A stretch of 63,772 bases of DNA, filler included, from Basidioascus undulatus (taxonomy: Eukaryota): the NCBI GenBank assembly GCA_000826855.1. It is 9 parts of 9 records of this genome, joined end to end, with 100 filler letters (N's around TTAATTAATTAA, not from the genome) between each part and the next. Parts side by side here need not be neighbours in the genome. Positions count along the whole stretch, not along the records: positions 49,611 to 54,272 come from JTLS01002102.1; positions 54,373 to 59,025 come from JTLS01002104.1; positions 59,126 to 63,772 come from JTLS01002105.1; 6 more parts are not named here. One strand, given 5' to 3'. Below the pieces are notes generated by a model. That model had not been told where the DNA came from, ran no database searches, and saw only the letters and a list, made by a program, of their open reading frames with translations. Shown piece after piece: positions 50,896-63,772 of the stretch (positions are counted from its first letter, which is position 1; each line of letters opens with the position of its first letter). The position numbers were made by a program, and so were the translations under genes.

Positions 50896-51842
50896 TGTGG
50901 GGGGTGGGGTATGGCGCGGGGGGAGATGAAGGAGGACTTTGGGAGTGCGAGCTGTGCGGTGGACTCGGAGGAGGCGTTGCTGGTGGTGGCGGTGGAGATG
51001 GTGGTGGTGAGAGATAAAGCTGTGTGGGGCGCTGAGCGAGTGTGTGTGTGTGTGCGGGGTGGAAGGAGAACGGGAACAAGAAGCACGGTAGGCTGCGGTG
51101 GTGATGTGTCTGTGACTAGACTGAAGTGCGTGGTCTTGCGAGCGGAGCGCGACTGACTCGGTCTTCTCCGGTCGGCCAAGTCGGGGCAAAGTGGAGGACC
51201 ACTTCGCTTCAATCCGCGTCAGGGGCCGAAGCGCAGACTTTATACTAGTGTTTGAAGTAAAGTCTAATAACTGATCATTATGCTCCATACAGCGCACCAA
51301 ATTGGCTTTGAAACGAGCACTGAGACGGGCTTCCGCGACGCTTTAGAATGCAGGGTGTTCTGCAAGGCAGGTTGCCTCCGAGCGAGAGGAGTGCGCAAAT
51401 TACACGTGATTGTGATTACCGGTCTCTTCCGGTCATGTTGAATACCGGACGTCATCGCATGCTATCGCGTCTTTCCTGACATTTTTCTTATTTTCACATT
51501 TCGCATCAAAGATTCGTGAGATCTTTCTGAACAGGACTCATACAGTTTTCACTGAACGACCAGGACGGAACCAATAAACTCTTTAGCCAAAGCACCCTCG
51601 AAAGTTGAAAGACAGCTCAAAAGGATCGACAGCCTCACCATCTCTCGTCCACGCCAAGTCAACCCCGCACACACCCCACACTTCGATCAAACGAAAATGA
51701 ACCGGAGCGCTCTTCTCCTCGGACCGGGCGTCTTCGGAGCGCACTCCTCACTACGCAGCGTCGTTTACTTATTTGCCCCGGTCTCTTCTTCTTCCTGGAC
51801 TGGAAAGGACGACTGCATGCTGAAAGTAGTGGCTCGTCTTTG

Positions 51843-51872
51843 ATGACTCGACATGACTCGACATGACTCGAC
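51843..51872. repeat. (ATGACTCGAC)3 tandem repeat
   Basis: Three perfect 10-bp copies. Confidence 0.9.
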
Positions 51873-53029
51873 CACACCGGTGTGCAGGTTGCCGGGGCAT
51901 ATCGGATGCGCTTCAAGGAGAACAAGTACCCTGCAACGGCCGACTTTGAGTGGGACTGCCAGGCTCTCGATTTACACTCCCGACGCCTGGAGCGCGTTGG
52001 TTATCTGCCAACGAATAAATCTCGAGAAAGCTTGCTGGTTCCTTGGTAAAGCATAGATGCGGCCTGCGGTTGAGGAAATGGTATGCAAGGCAACGCTGCA
52101 ACGGGCGTTATACAAAAGACAGCGATGCAGCAGCAGCGACAGGCGGCCTCAGGGGTTGATGAGCGCATCAACAATTCGAATGCTAGGAAACATGCATTGC
52201 TGATACCGGAACGCGTCTGGAGAGGAGGAGCTTGTTCCAAGGTGAGGTGAGAAGACGTACCAAAGGTTGCGCGACAGTACCATATATTGGAGCAGAGAGC
52301 ATCTGTAAATTTTAGCATGTTAAGGTAACCCGGTTTGAGGGGGTACCTGGCGGTGAGGAAGCTGGAAGCGATGTACAGAGTTGAACGTGCAGAGACCGGA
52401 CGGCACACGGGGCGCAGTACTGCCTCGAAGCCGACTCGCGCTTATCAGACACATAACAAGGACCTAACTCATCATTTCGCCTTCTTTTTCTGGTTCAATC
52501 GAAGGTATCTGGGAGTAAGGGACAAAGCAGTGCACAGGATGGGCCGGATGGCACGGGGAAAGGGGGGGGGAAGGCGGAGGACTGCGTCGGCAGCAGTGTC
52601 GAGCGGATGTGACACATGTTCTATAATTTCAATGCCTTTTACTTCCTTTGTCTTACGCTCAATTCGATGGAATGAGGAGAAAGTAGAGAGAGGGCGGCGT
52701 GCACCGCACGCAAGAGACCGGTCAGACGGTTGAAGTCATTGTGTCGGGACCGTCCACCCTACTGATTCAAGCCCGCGGAGATTAATCGGAAGTTAGAAGA
52801 TTTTCCAAATTATTCAACATCATAACTCGCGTCGCGGAAAGGGCAGCGAGCGGAAAAGGACCACAGAAGCAGCGTGCTTTCCTGCCTTCTGACCGAATGA
52901 GTGGGCCGCCCCACAGCCAAGAGCGCGCTTCTTGCTCACATTAGTGGTGCAACGGGACATCGTGCATGATTGTGAGACTATGCAATCCTCGCGGTCAACG
53001 CTATATCCACCGCCCCAGACCGTCAGCGA

Positions 53030-54272
53030 GCTCAAGTAACTGCGAAACACCGTAGTATCTAAGAGTCGGCATGAATGTCAGGCTAGTAATTTCGTTTAAT
53101 CTTAAAAGGAGGAGCACGCCGGTCACTTACTTGCCATCCTCGAAAATGACCACTCGTCCCTTCGGGCGTCGGAAAACCTCAATGACTAGATCGATTTCCT
53201 CCCAATCTGGGTCTGGCTCCTCATCCTCGGCCCAGACTCCCAGCTCCAAACGGAAATGCCTCAGCCCGGGAAGCGTCTTCAATGCGCCAGGGACTGCAGT
53301 GTGGTGCAACCCCCTGCAGAACGCTACCGCATCGGCGGGAAAGTAACCCCAGTAGACGTGAAGGGTGAGCTCTTCAAGGGAGAGCGGGGCAAGCGCGGCC
53401 AGAATGTCCACCTGAAAATTTGCATATTGTCAGCACATGCCTTTGACAGGAGGACAAGACGGGAAATGCATGGACAGACGTCGCATGATTTGGTGCTTAC
53501 ACGATGAGCGTCGAGATTGTCTGGGGAATCACTGTGCACTGTAAGACCTCTGAGACCTGGAAAAGAGTCGACGACCTCGTGGAGAAGGTGCAGCTCTATC
53601 TCAACCTCTACTTCGAGCTCTGTGAGAGGCACAGGGCAAAGATCGCGGACGATGTTGAGGAGCAAGTCCGTGTCCAAAGGAGGGTGTATCCAGCGAACGG
53701 GTCTGAGCAGCGCGAGAGAACGAAGAGGAGCACACCGTTGAAACAAGCCTTCGTTTGGGTGCGCCGTTCCGCGGTACACGAGCTCGGCAAGTTTAGAGTT
53801 CCGATGGCACTGTCAGTGATGCAATGACGTGCATGTGTACAAAAGGTCACGGTGGTCGCAACTGTGAAATGCAAGGTACGTTTGCTCGCAGAAACTTGCG
53901 GATGGATCTTCTTTCGTCAACCTGACGGCACGGACAAGCACACATCGCACTTTACGCTTTCGTCTTGCCGTCAAGGAACTCGTCCGACGCCCACACGGCC
54001 ACTCACTCGACATGCAAACCAATCACCGCTCCACAGGGTTAGGGTTACAATTGTACAGAAAGAAAAAAAGAGAGTCGGGCATCAGCCGACGCCCACAGCC
54101 CTCACGTACCGCCATTCCAGCGCTCCAGAGGAGCATCCAGGCGGCGGCGCGCGCACTTCATCAAGGCAACCACCCGAGGGCAGCGCAGAGTTCTCGGTGG
54201 AAAGGGAGGGGGTTGCGAATCTTCGTCGCCCGTATAACGAGGTGGCAGATGTAAATCTGCGAGACTGGATAC
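53030..54272 (-). CDS. C-terminal part of a hypothetical RNI/LRR-like (probably F-box-type) protein, 5'-truncated
   Basis: PLRSLAL, PLTELEV, FPGLRGLTV, LSLEELTLHV and LPGLRHFRL repeats with GT-AG introns between ORFs. Confidence 0.5.
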
Positions 54273-55314
54273 NNNNNNNNNNNNNNNNNNNNNNNNNNNN
54301 NNNNNNNNNNNNNNNNTTAATTAATTAANNNNNNNNNNNNNNNNNNNNNNNNNNNNNNNNNNNNNNNNNNNNCTTCCTTAATCCTTCTTCGTTGTCGGTC
54401 CATGGTCAAGTGGGCTGAAGGGTGGTTGGTGCGGTGTGGGGTGGGGTGGTAGGCTCTACGGCCGGTTATGGACTCGGTGAGGAAGGCGATGGCGTACTGG
54501 AAAGGGATGAAGAAGGGATGATGGGCGGGGGATGCATAGTTGTGCGTCTAGCGCATTCTGAGTGTCGGCTGGATGGCGTGCGGTGTGATGTTGGACGTCA
54601 CTGCCAGGTCCTCCTATAAAAGGCAAGGTTTCTCGTTCGCTGAAACTGGACCCTCGGTGAGAGCATTGCGCACGAGGCGCGTCAAGCTGCGGCTTGCATA
54701 TGAATGGGTCAGCGCTGGGGTCACCGTTGCCAAGCTCGGTATCCTGATGCCCGACTGGGATCTCTGTTTGGGGTTCAGATTACACGGGACCAATCATCCA
54801 CGAACAAAAATTCAAGTGGTTAGATCGTATACTCGTATTGGTCGGTTGCGGAAGTCAGTGTTTGTTGGGAGGAACATGCAGAAAGCGAGCCGAGCCGTGG
54901 TCTATGGGATCCTTTCAGTCACCGCTGTGCGGCTGCATCTGCTGGGTTCTTGAGGCATACTCATCCCTGGCATCAACTGTAGTATGAAGGCCAGGCTGTG
55001 GTTGAATGCCGGGTTGTGGTCCAGACCGACGACTAATTGCCCTGGATCAGGCACCTGTCCTTTGACGCGGCTGCTCCTACGGTGTGCAGCACTCTGTGTG
55101 CTTGGACTGGCCTCAGCTAGAGCGACATTGAATCCTTATTTAGTGCAAACTCTTGGCACGTCGCTTGCCGTGTTCAGTTGCGCCCAATGAGTACGGTACA
55201 AGTCGAGCCTTCGTATCACACGAAGGCTAAGCCGGTCTGCTCGTCGTTCTTGACCACCTTCCTCTCACCTCCCAATACCGCACTCGTGCAACCCTATCGC
55301 TTTCCATTCCATCA

Positions 55315-56450
55315 ATGGGTTCCACCAAGTACAATATGCACAGCCTCGACCGCCAGCTCTCCGTCCTTTCGACGCTCTCAGCCCCGACTACGGACGACTC
55401 TGTTCCGGGCGAGGAGTGGTGAGTACTTCGTGCAACTTTGAGGCTCTGGGGGGGGAGGGGGGTAATTGCGGATTCTTTGATTTTGACAGGTCCGGTCCCT
55501 CGGACCATTGTCCTCGATAACCTGCCAATCTCGCTGAGCCCCAGGAGCTGACGACGATCTTCGGCCAGATTAGCTGGCTATGGTTCTCCCCCTAAGAAAT
55601 GCCCAGGCTCACAACACTTCCAGATTGGTTCAATCAGGGCTGTCGGCATCTGCCTCCACACTGGCGGAGTCACGGCTTCTGCCCTCGTCGAGTACCACAT
55701 CCGGGTGGGTTCATTTCTCCACGCAAGTGTGGGGTGAATACATCTTACACAGTCTTCTCTCTCAATTCGTCCATGGCCGGATTTTCTGGACACCGCAAGA
55801 ATGAGCTGATTGGTGGAGAGATCAAGGCGTCGTTCGCGCTCAGCACCGTGATCACCATCTCCGAGCTGCCTGAGTATCAGCACGACGACTTGTGTCACTA
55901 CGTCTTTTCGTCCTTCGCCAAGGTACAGTGTGATAGCTTTATTCCTTATCTCTTGCTCTCACCCACATAACTACTGTACTACTTCCACTTCGGCACCATT
56001 CATGAATTCCACGTCGCTCGCACGGCGCTCGTGCAGATGAAGTACGCTGTGCGCCTCCCCTCGCTGTTGCCTCGAAGGCCAAGGACTGACAAGGGAGTTA
56101 TGCGGGCAGGAAGATGCCAAGAACGCAGTGAGGGCGCTTTCTTCAGCGGAAAGCGGGTTCTGCGGCTATGTCGACCTTTTCTACAAGCGGGCCCCGAAGA
56201 GCCTGTACATCCGCTGCAGCCGGGGGACAACACTCGACGAATCAACGCTCTCTTTGCTTCGGTAGGTACCTGCGGATATCCCCTGGTATCTTGACAGTTG
56301 CTGACCACTCCTTTCTTGATGCTGAGCACGTGAAGTTCTCCGTGTGCATCCGTCCTGGAATCGGCCTAGGCGTTGTAGAGCAACGCAACTCTCTTATCCC
56401 GTACGTGTGCCAGGCACGCCGTTTCGAGAAGGAGCGACTCAGCGACTAAC
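55315..56450 (+). pseudogene. Possible decayed multi-RRM RNA-binding protein gene
   Basis: RTIVLDNLP..ELTTIFGQI, SALVEY, GGEIKASFA, VITISELP and TALVQMK..EDAKNAVRAL occur in shifting frames with stops. Confidence 0.35.
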
Positions 56451-56852
56451 AATTCCCCTGCGCACCTGCAGTCTCACTTCTGCCCTTTCCACCGGCTTGC
56501 GTGTTCCGCTGTTCGCACTCCGCTTCCCTTCGTGCTGTGTCATCGTCATCGTCCGTGTGATACTTGAAGCCCATTGTCTGTTGTAGCGGAGACGCAATGG
56601 TGTGCGGTGTACGTTGGAAGCACCTGCGTGCTCAGAACGCCTTTTCTGAGAAGCCTCCAAGCCGGACCTTCGATAATTTCGCACGTATTTCTACCAGCGC
56701 CTGCGACTTAAATCATTCCTGACCTCATTCATAGCAATAAGCAGTAGCAGATTCTACGCGTGTATAGGGTAGGGGTATAAATGCGTTAGTTCCATATCCT
56801 TTTCCCATTCTCCAATCCCTCGCATCCCGCAGCCTCTCCTCCAATCTCACAT

Positions 56853-59025
56853 CTAATGCGCCGCAAGATCCGCATATTGCCTGATAGCCCAACAAAAAAT
56901 CTATCAGCACCAGAGGAAAGAGGGGGCGAGATGAGAGAACGGGAGAGGAGACACAGACGCACCGGCTGCCCATCTCCGTCAGACGCGAGACGGCGCGCGC
57001 AAACGCAAAAATCTCCTCCTGGCCGGTGAACATTGCGCTCGAGCCGACGATGTCCACGTTGAGACCCTGTGAGATTTTCAATTTAGCCTTGAAAACAGGC
57101 GGGTGGGAGGAGGGGAAGGGGAAAGCATACGAGGTCGTCCATCGTCGCGCGCATGTGGTCCGTGATCTCGCCCGGCACGCCGGGGTTCTCGTCCGAGAAG
57201 GTCTGCTGGATGGGCACGTCGGAGAGGACGAAGAGCTTGGTCTGATGTTCGGAAATACGTCAGGCTTCAGGGACAAAATCAAGGAAGATTGAGGTTGTTC
57301 GATGCACTTTGGACTCGTAGGCGGCTGCGACGGGGTAAGGATCAGCTGCGGGTCGTCAAGGAGTCGGGGGTGGGAAGGTGCTTGGCACTCACCGTCAATA
57401 AACGTGATGAACCTCCTCGCCTGTCGCCTCAACCCAACATCAGCACCCTCCTCCCCCTCTCTCCACCTTCTCCCCTTCCACGCACCTGGTCCTTCTCATT
57501 TAGCGTCAACCTCGGAACGTCCTCCAAGAAGATCGTCCCAAACTGCTTCGTAACCTCGATATAGTCCGCCGCGCTTAGGGGCTTCCCGCACAAATCCCTA
57601 AACGCAAAGCGCGCGACGCGCCCGGCGGAGAGGGGGACGCGCAAGGGGCGGCCCCACACGGTCAGGCGCCGGTCTTCCTCGATGGGGGCGTCTTGCGCGT
57701 CGGCGAGCGAGTGGAAGATCTTTTCGAACTCGGCGCGGTTGGAGGGGGTCGGCGGGGAGTAGTAAACTTTGGAGAGCGCGCGCGGGAGCTTGCGATAGTC
57801 TGCGTGCGGGGGGAGGTGAGAATGGGTGGGAAGGAAGGAGAGCGAGGGAAGGGAGAACGCACCCGTCCCGCTGTTTAGATCCGTGACGAGGAAGCGGCGC
57901 TTCAGGAGCTCGATACCTGAACCCCGCAAGGAAGTCAGTCCGGCTGGGCTTGCTACCTGCCGTCCGGGGAAATGGTACGTACAGGGGATGAACGACTGGC
58001 GCTGGATGCCGTTCTTGTAGAGCTCGTCCGGGTGCCGGCTGGAGAAAAGAAGCGCCTATTAGTCCTGCGCAGTCGAGCGCGACCTCCAGAGACCCGATAC
58101 GCACTTGGAAGTCATCACACAGACGACCCCGTGCGAGATCAGGCCCTCAAACAGCCTCCGCAAAATCATAGCGTCCACAATATCCACGACCTGCCGCACC
58201 CTCCTCTTCAGCATCTCCCTCCTCGCCCCTCCCTCCCAGCGCGAGTAGTGACCCACCTGGAACTCATCAAAGCTGAGGACCTTGCATTCCCGCGCCAGGT
58301 CGCGCACGACATGCGCGAGCGCGTCGTCGACCTCGCCCGCGCTCTTGACTGCGTGCAAGCGTTTGTGCACGTCGATCATGTACGCGTGGAAGTGCCAGCG
58401 CTGGGCGTAGGGCTTGAGGTGCGCGGGGACGGTCGAGTGGAATAGGTCCATGAGCATGGATCTGCGTGAGGAACCCCGGGTTCAGCATTCGGGAAAGAGG
58501 GGGGAGGGGAGGAGAAAGGCAACGCACTTGCCAGTCCCCACGTCCCCGTGGAGGTACAGTCCCTTGGGAACCTTCGCCTCCTTCTCCTCAGCGCTCTCTT
58601 CCGGCTCCTGCTTCTTCCCAAACAAGCGACCCCACTGCCCGCATCCTGCGCATCAGCTCCCCATCCCTTCCTCTCCTCCCCCCACTCGGAGAACTCACCA
58701 GCCCCCCTTTCTTCGCCTCCGCCTCCGCCTCTATCTCCTTCGGTTCGCGCACCGCCTCCGGCACATATCCCCTCAGCTGCTGGTGCAGCGCCTCGAGCTT
58801 CCCAATGATCTCCCGCTGGTGCGCGTCTGCGCGCAGCACCCCGCGCTCCACGAGCAGCTCGTACTTCTCCAGCGGGGTGAGGTTCTCCTCCGCCGGCTCC
58901 TGCCCGGGCGGGGGAGAGGGCAGGAAGCTCTCTTCCACCGTCCGCGCTGCGATGGGCGGCTCGAGCGCCGGGGACGCGGCGGACGCGGCGGAGGATTGGG
59001 GGCGGGGGCGTCGGGGCGCGGGGGG
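56853..59025 (-). CDS. AFG1: Mitochondrial AFG1/LACE1-like ATPase, 5'-truncated
   Basis: PKGLYLHGDVGTGKSMLMDLF (Walker A); HFHAYMIDVHKRLH; VLSFDEFQVVDIVDAMILRRL (Walker B); LYKNGIQR; LSAADY; ARRFITFIDAAYE; EEIFAFARAVSRLTEM. Confidence 0.95.
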
Positions 59026-59125
59026 NNNNNNNNNNNNNNNNNNNNNNNNNNNNNNNNNNNNNNNNNNNNTTAATTAATTAANNNNNNNNNNNNNNNNNNN
59101 NNNNNNNNNNNNNNNNNNNNNNNNN

Positions 59126-59239
59126 GGCTTTCTTGGGCTTCGCGGTGGGGTGAGTGGAGAAGGAGGAGGAGGAGGAGGGGGTGGGGAGCGCGGCGGTGAC
59201 CGGGACGCGGTTGGACCGCTTTCGGCGGGTTGCGGGCAT
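59126..59239 (-). CDS. Probable N-terminus of an unidentified gene, divergent from BCS1 and cut by the contig end
   Basis: ATG-initiated open frame MPATRRKRSNRVPVTAALPTPSSSSFSTHPTAKPKK runs into the linker. Confidence 0.35.
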
Positions 59240-59403
59240 GCTCTATAGAAACTCAGTGGGGGGTGTGGGGGTGGTAGAATGGCAAGCAGCCTGCATCTCG
59301 AAACGGGAAGATTCCCTGCCTCGTGCAATGAAATCCTCTCCACCGATGTCCCGACCGATAGGGACTCCCTGCTCGGGCGTCTTCTCACTTCACCCTCACA
59401 GCC

Positions 59404-61276
59404 ATGTTTCCTCGACCGCCGCCACAACCACAGCCACAAGCACCACAACCCGCACCTGTAGCAGCAGCAGATCAAAATGGTTCTGCTCTCCTGCCCGCCG
59501 ATGGGCAGCAGCCTACTCAGCAGCAGTCCTTTCTCGAGAGCATCATGGCCGACAAGTATGGTTTTTCACCCTTTTCGCTGTACCCTAAGAAATGTTGCCG
59601 TTGAACTTTGGGCACCGCAGTCCTTATTTCTCCGCTGGGTTCGGGTTGATGGTGAGGCTCGTTTCTTGAGAATTGTTCTCTATCTCGATCGGCGCGCTCC
59701 TTTCGAACGTCTGCCGAACACGCTCTTCGCCTTCGAACACTCGATCGACAATGACCGCTCTCAACCCCCAACTCACAATCGAATACAATCGAAAATAATA
59801 TTGAACCTCACTCACGCGTCTTCCCCCCATCCAGGGAGTCGGTGCCGCCCTGGCCTTCCTCCGGCGCGGCCTCACCCTAGGTGCGACGGCGGCGCAGCGT
59901 CGCCTGCTCGTCTCGCTCGAGATCCCCTCCAAGGACCGGGCGTACCCGTGGTTCCTCGAGTGGCTCTCGGTGAACGCGAACCCGCAAAAGTCCGCGACGT
60001 CGATCCCCCACCCGCTGCGGCTCTTCTCGCACCAGCTCTCCGTCGAGACGGACTACAAGCAGCACCCGAACGGCGCGTCGAGCGTGACATTCTCGCTTGT
60101 CCCAGGCCCGGGGACGCACTGGTTCCGCTGGAGGGGGGCGTGGATGCAGGTCCGTCATTTCCCTCCTCCCGCCACCTACACTCACTCACACTGAGTGACT
60201 GCGGTGGCCGTCGATCAGGTCAAGCGCGAGCGCGCCGAGAAAATGGTAGACCTGACGTCGGGCACGCCGTGGGAGACGGTCACGCTCCTGACGCTCCGGC
60301 GGGACGCGCACCTGTTCCCGCTCCTGCTGGAGGAGGCCCGCGCGCTCGCGGCCAAGGGGACCGAGGGCAAGACGGTCGTGTACACTGCGTGGGGCGCCGA
60401 GTGGCGCCCGTTCGGCCAGCCGAGGCGCAGGCGCGAGCTCGATTCCGTCGTGCTCGACCAGGGCGTCAAGCAGCGCCTCGTGGACGACGTTAAGGGCTTC
60501 CTTGGGAGGGGGCAGTGGTACGCTGAGCGAGGTGCGGCGGTCTCAAAGTGCACGCTGCAAAATCCGTCGAGGCTGATTTTGTTGGGAATGTGATCAGGGA
60601 TCCCGTACCGCCGAGGGTACCTCCTCCATGGCCCGCCCGGGTCCGGCAAGTCGTCCTTCATCCAAGCCCTCGCCGGCTCGCTCTCGTACAACATTTGTCT
60701 GCTCAACCTCTCCGAGCGCGGCCTGACGGACGACAAGCTCAACCACCTCCTCGTCAACGCCCCCGAGCGGTCCATTATCCTGCTCGAGGACATCGACGCG
60801 GCCTTCAACAAGCGCGTCCAGACCAGCGCGGACGGGTGCGTCTTCCTGCCTCTCCCTCGCGCCTTCCAACTATCATCTCACACCTGTTGCATGGCAGGTA
60901 CCAATCCTCCGTGACCTTTTCCGGCCTCCTCAACGCGCTCGACGGCGTCGCCTCCGCGGAAGAGCGCATAATCTTCATGACGACGAACCATTTCTCGCGT
61001 CTCGACCCGGCGCTTGTGCGCCCGGGCCGCGTCGACATCCGCGAGCGGCTGGACGACGCGTCGCCGGTGCAGGCGCGCGAGCTCTTCGGGCGCTTCTACC
61101 CGGAGGCGGACCGCGCGCTGGGGGACGCGCTCGAGGCGAAGGTCGCGGAGGAGGCCAAGCGCGGACGGACGGTCAGCATGGCGAGCTTGCAGGGCATGTT
61201 TATCCGCGCGGACGCGGAGACGGCGGTGAAGTACGCGGATATGGTGTTTGAGACGAGGGGAAGTGACTTTGACTAG
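59404..61276 (+). CDS. BCS1: Mitochondrial AAA chaperone Bcs1 (complex III assembly)
   Basis: [97 protein letters not shown]. Confidence 0.97.
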
Positions 61277-61460
61277 ACCTTGCATTTCGTACACTCGCAT
61301 TGCATTGGCATGTTCCTCTCTTACTTCCATGTTCGGCATGACGTGCGCACGCAAGGACATTCTGGGGCTGCCACAGTTCAATAGGATAGTCCGGTCCAAT
61401 GAGAGTAATTATACAAGACATGCGAAGAAAACAAAACAAAAGGTTCCGGAAGAGGAAGGG

Positions 61461-63772
61461 TTACTGTCCGCGCATGGCTTCCAGCCGCTGCCGCAGGGCG
61501 CTCGTTGCGTCCGCAGCCGTGGCAGGGGACACGGCGGGCTTGGCTGTAGAGCGAGAGGAGCTGTTGACGACCTTGCCCGCGAGCGGCTGCCGGCGCGCAG
61601 AGACGGCCGACTTCCCCTCGCCAGGCGCCGCTTTGCCGAGCGAAGACGGGTTGGAAACGGCACGGCGGGGCGTGAAGGCACCTCGGCGAGGGGTTATAGC
61701 GTCGCGCGATGACGGCGCGAGGACAGCCTGCACGGTGGGCGCGCGAGCGGGCTCATCGTCCGCACGCGTACGCTTGCGGCTGCTCGGCGGCGGGGCGGGG
61801 GACGGCTCGGGTGGAGAGGTCGACGAAGGGGAGGGGCGGACGACCGAAGCTGCGACCCGAGACGACCGTCGGACGGGGGTGGGCTCGGCGGTGGCGGCTG
61901 CGCCTGCGGAAGGGGCGGGACGGGTGGAGGAGGGAAGGGCAGGAGAGGTACGGGTAGTCGAGGTGGTGCGTGCGGAGGGTTGGCCGAGGGTGGTGCGTGT
62001 AGCCGGCGTGCGAGATGATGCGGAAGGGAGCGGGAGGGGAGAGGTGCGAGATGCGGTGGTGGTGCCGGTGGACGGTGGGCGCATGGAGGTGGTGGCTGCG
62101 GTTGACGATGCGGACGCAGCGGGTGGCGCGGGAGGCGCGGGAGGCCGAGCAGCGCGCTCGTTGCGGAGGGTCGTGCGAAGACGCTCGTTCGTAGCGCCGA
62201 GCTTCTTGTTCTCCTTCTCGAGGTAAAGGCACTGCGAGCAGCTTGCATGTCAGCATCAATCTCGTTGCAGAGCAAGTGCAGGCGCTGCTCACCTTGTCCT
62301 CGGCCTCTTCAGTCATTTCCTGAGCAGCTTGCAGGCTGGACTCGAGGTGTTCCCGCTGCTCGATGGTGTCCTCGAGCTCCATCTTGAGATTCTCGAGCTC
62401 GCTGAGCAGCTCTTGAACGCGCGAGTCGTCGCGGCCGGAAGCGAGTTGCAAGTTCGTACGGGCTTCGTGCACCTCGGCTTGCAAAGTGTCCATCTGGCGC
62501 TCGAGTTCGGCAAAGTCGGCGTTTCTGGCATACCGAAAATCAGGTCAGCAGAGGTCCGTAATGCTCGACGTCGATAGACGTACCGCTGATCCAGCTCGCG
62601 CTGCAGATCGTCGCGCTTGTGCCGAACAAGCTCGAGCTCGGCCCGCATCTTGTCGACGTCGTCGCGAACGCTCTGCAGCTCCTCGTCCGCCTTGATGCGG
62701 ACCTCGTCACGCTGCGACGCTGCGGCCTCTGCGGCCTGCTCCGCGTCCTCCGCGCGGGATCGCAACTCGTCGGCGAGAGTCTGTGCATCCCGCTCGGCGT
62801 TCTGCGCAGCAGCGAGTGCGGCGACAGCGTCCTCGCGTTCGCGCTCCGCCTCGTCGCGCACGCTCTCGACACCTTCGATCCGCTCCTCGAGGTCCTTGAC
62901 GGCAGTCTGAGCGTCCTGCGCAGCGAGACGGAGACGTGCCGCCTCGGCGTCGTGGCTGGCGCGAAGACGAGACAGCTCCGATTCGAGCTCCTGCACGCGG
63001 TACTCGAGCTCAGCGGCGTCTGCGGTAGATGCGCTCGCGTCCGCGACGTCCGCCTCGAGCGTTTCGATGCGTTTGCGCAGGCTGGTCTCGGTCTGGCGCA
63101 GCCCGTCGATGACTGCAGTGTGCTCCGCAACAGCTTGCTCGTGGGCCGCAGACGCCTCCTCGAGGACACTTTGCAGCGCCTCGAGTTCCTGCGTCATGTC
63201 GGACGTCCGAGCGGCCGCTTCGGCGAGTGCGGTGTCGTGCGCTTGGCTAAGGCGTGCGAGCTCGTCGTCTGCCTCGGTCTTCTGGGATGCGGCACGTTCG
63301 AGCGCTTCGGCGAGCTCGTCCTGCGCCGCCTGGAGATCCTTCGCGGACGTGCCAGCGGCATGGTCGGCTCGGGCGTGGACGTCGGAGAGCTCCGTTTCGA
63401 GGGTGGCCACCCGGGCGGCGGCCTCGTCGGCGTGGGCGGTCGCAGCCTGCTGAGCAGCGTCCAGTTGCTGGCGAAGCGAAGCGGCAAGCGTGTCTTCGGT
63501 ATCGCGAGACGCCTCGACGCTGGCGCGGGCCTCCGACAGCTGCTCCGCGACGGAGGCGAGCTCAGCCTGCGCTGCTTCAAGCTGGGCTTGAAGACGCTCC
63601 GACTCGGCCTGGGCGTCCGAGCGAGCCGCGCGCAGGGCGTGCTCTTTCGCGAAGACGACGGCAGTGACTGCCTGGAGCTCGTTCGTATGCGCGATCGACA
63701 ACGATTCGCGGTCGTGTGCGACCTCGGTCGCGGCGGTGTGTGCAGCGGCGCGGGCAGCGTCGGCGTCGGTCC
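61461..63772 (-). CDS. Long coiled-coil protein with S/T/P/R-rich basic tail, 5'-truncated
   Basis: More than 450 aa of A/E/L heptads spliced to a low-complexity tail ending TSALRQRLEAMRGQ*. Confidence 0.75.

Noticed and set aside
4691..59125. Regularly spaced TTAATTAATTAA palindromes as a biological repeat
   Set aside because: They are a standard assembly spacer embedded in Ns; the ~4.78-kb period simply reflects contig sizes.
56853..61276. AFG1 and BCS1 as a divergent mitochondrial ATPase pair
   Set aside because: They lie on different contigs (linker 59026-59125), and the ORF start at 59239 cannot be assigned to AFG1.

Overview
Eukaryotic, GC-rich and intron-dense fungal DNA; the gene families and splice signals (GTGCGT/GTGAGT donors, CTGAC branch points, YAG acceptors) point to a basidiomycete. 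The window is not one locus. It consists of nine contigs joined by 100-bp N44-TTAATTAATTAA-N44 linkers, with lengths 4690, 4685, 4679, 25605, 4679, 4672, 4662, 4653 and 4647 bp, so they are ordered by size or name and adjacency across linkers means nothing. Recognisable genes: a cation/Ca2+ exchanger, an Apd1/Aim32 ferredoxin, a HotDog thioesterase, Bsd2, a Scc4/MAU2-like protein, a copper-fist transcription factor, a TRP/Yvc1-like channel, a Mug190-like SMP-C2 protein, an SDR reductase, an MFS transporter, Utp14, an intron-containing tRNA-Asp, Sen54, calmodulin (8 exons including microexons), an AKAP7-like 2H phosphoesterase, Sfc1, Afg1, Bcs1 and a long coiled-coil protein. Several decayed genes are also present: an MFS transporter, an internally deleted GH3 glucosidase, an F-box gene and an RRM-like gene. 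I found no convincing novel multi-gene system. The best leads are small spliced orphan genes missed by the ORF track, a short RVxF+SILK ORF, the decayed MFS/GH3 pair, and the Sen54-calmodulin-2H arrangement. All identifications come from motif recognition and manual splicing, not database searches.
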